The notes beneath the pieces were generated by a model. It was not told where the DNA came from and ran no database searches. It saw only the letters and a list, made by a program, of their open reading frames with translations. A stretch of DNA of 64,000 nucleotides, taken from assembly GCF_006345805.1 (NCBI RefSeq), contig NC_043008.1:67208001-67272000 (forward strand). Reading direction: 5' to 3'. A program made the position numbers and the translations under genes. Shown here one piece after another: positions 63,418 to 64,000 of the stretch. The DNA is from Octopus sinensis. Lineage: Eukaryota. Within the stretch, counting starts at the first letter, position 1; each line of letters starts with the position of its first letter.

Positions 63418-64000
63418 CTGTGGGGAAGAAAAGACCCAGAGAATTACTGGCACTATAAGAATTATTTCACAACTATAATAACAACAAGCAACCCATTAAG
63501 GGTGTTTCTATGTGGTTTCTAAATCTGCTGAAAGCAGCAGCCATACCACTCCTCAAATTACAACCTACCTTTTTAAAATAGGAAGAATGGAGTACTTGAT
63601 ATAAAAAATGAGAAGGTCATGGTTGAAGCACCTTTGATCAGTTAAAGTTGATATGGAGTTAGATAACAAGAGTCTTATGTTCTAGTAAATTTAGGCTTCT
63701 CTAATAAAGAAAGCAAAATTGTTCCATATTGACTAAATCCACCTTGTCATCTCTGTGTAACCACTGCAACAAACTGTTTTTCTTATATGAAGATGCTACT
63801 ACTCAGGATCCCCACACAGTCATCCACCACAGTACTAATCAACAAAGAAGCCTTTACAACAGGCATGGGTAACCTTTTTGAGAAGCTGGGCCACACGAGA
63901 CAGGCTTATCATCAGGTAAGCCACATTACTAAAAAAAAAACAGGAGGTAATTTATTTCATTAGGTATCAGACACTGGGCCTCACTGAGGAAATGACAAGG

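Noticed and set aside
63743-63835. Possible further upstream exon of the unidentified minus-strand gene
   Set aside because: All frames compatible with the splice sites contain stops, and the phase does not match the 63417 exon.

Overview
Eukaryotic, AT-rich, repeat- and microsatellite-dense DNA. The SINE families and microsatellite style resemble Octopus (coleoid cephalopod); this is inferred from recognition, not a search. Three spliced genes were assembled by hand with GT-AG junctions and consistent exon phases. (1) SERF (small EDRK-rich factor, 69 aa), minus strand, 3 coding exons, 41990->25781. (2) An ANKRA2/RFXANK-family ankyrin protein (299 aa), plus strand, 8 coding exons, 46399->60009, head-to-head with SERF across a short shared promoter. 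(3) The last two coding exons of an unidentified minus-strand gene (63417->62374), convergent with ANKRA2. The rest is tRNA-derived SINEs, fossil LINEs (HERO-like, R4/Dong-like, RTE), mariner and piggyBac derivatives, two inverted Helitrons, MITE-like fold-backs and microsatellites. Almost all ORFs in the supplied track are microsatellite or repeat artefacts. The most notable signal is three unrelated inverted or tandem repeat structures (about 11.8-12.3 kb, 50.7-50.9 kb and 53.2-54.7 kb), each carrying a minimal hammerhead-ribozyme-like core of the Penelope/retrozyme type. One of them is fused to a tRNA-like Pol III head. No CRISPR, rRNA or genuine tRNA gene was seen.
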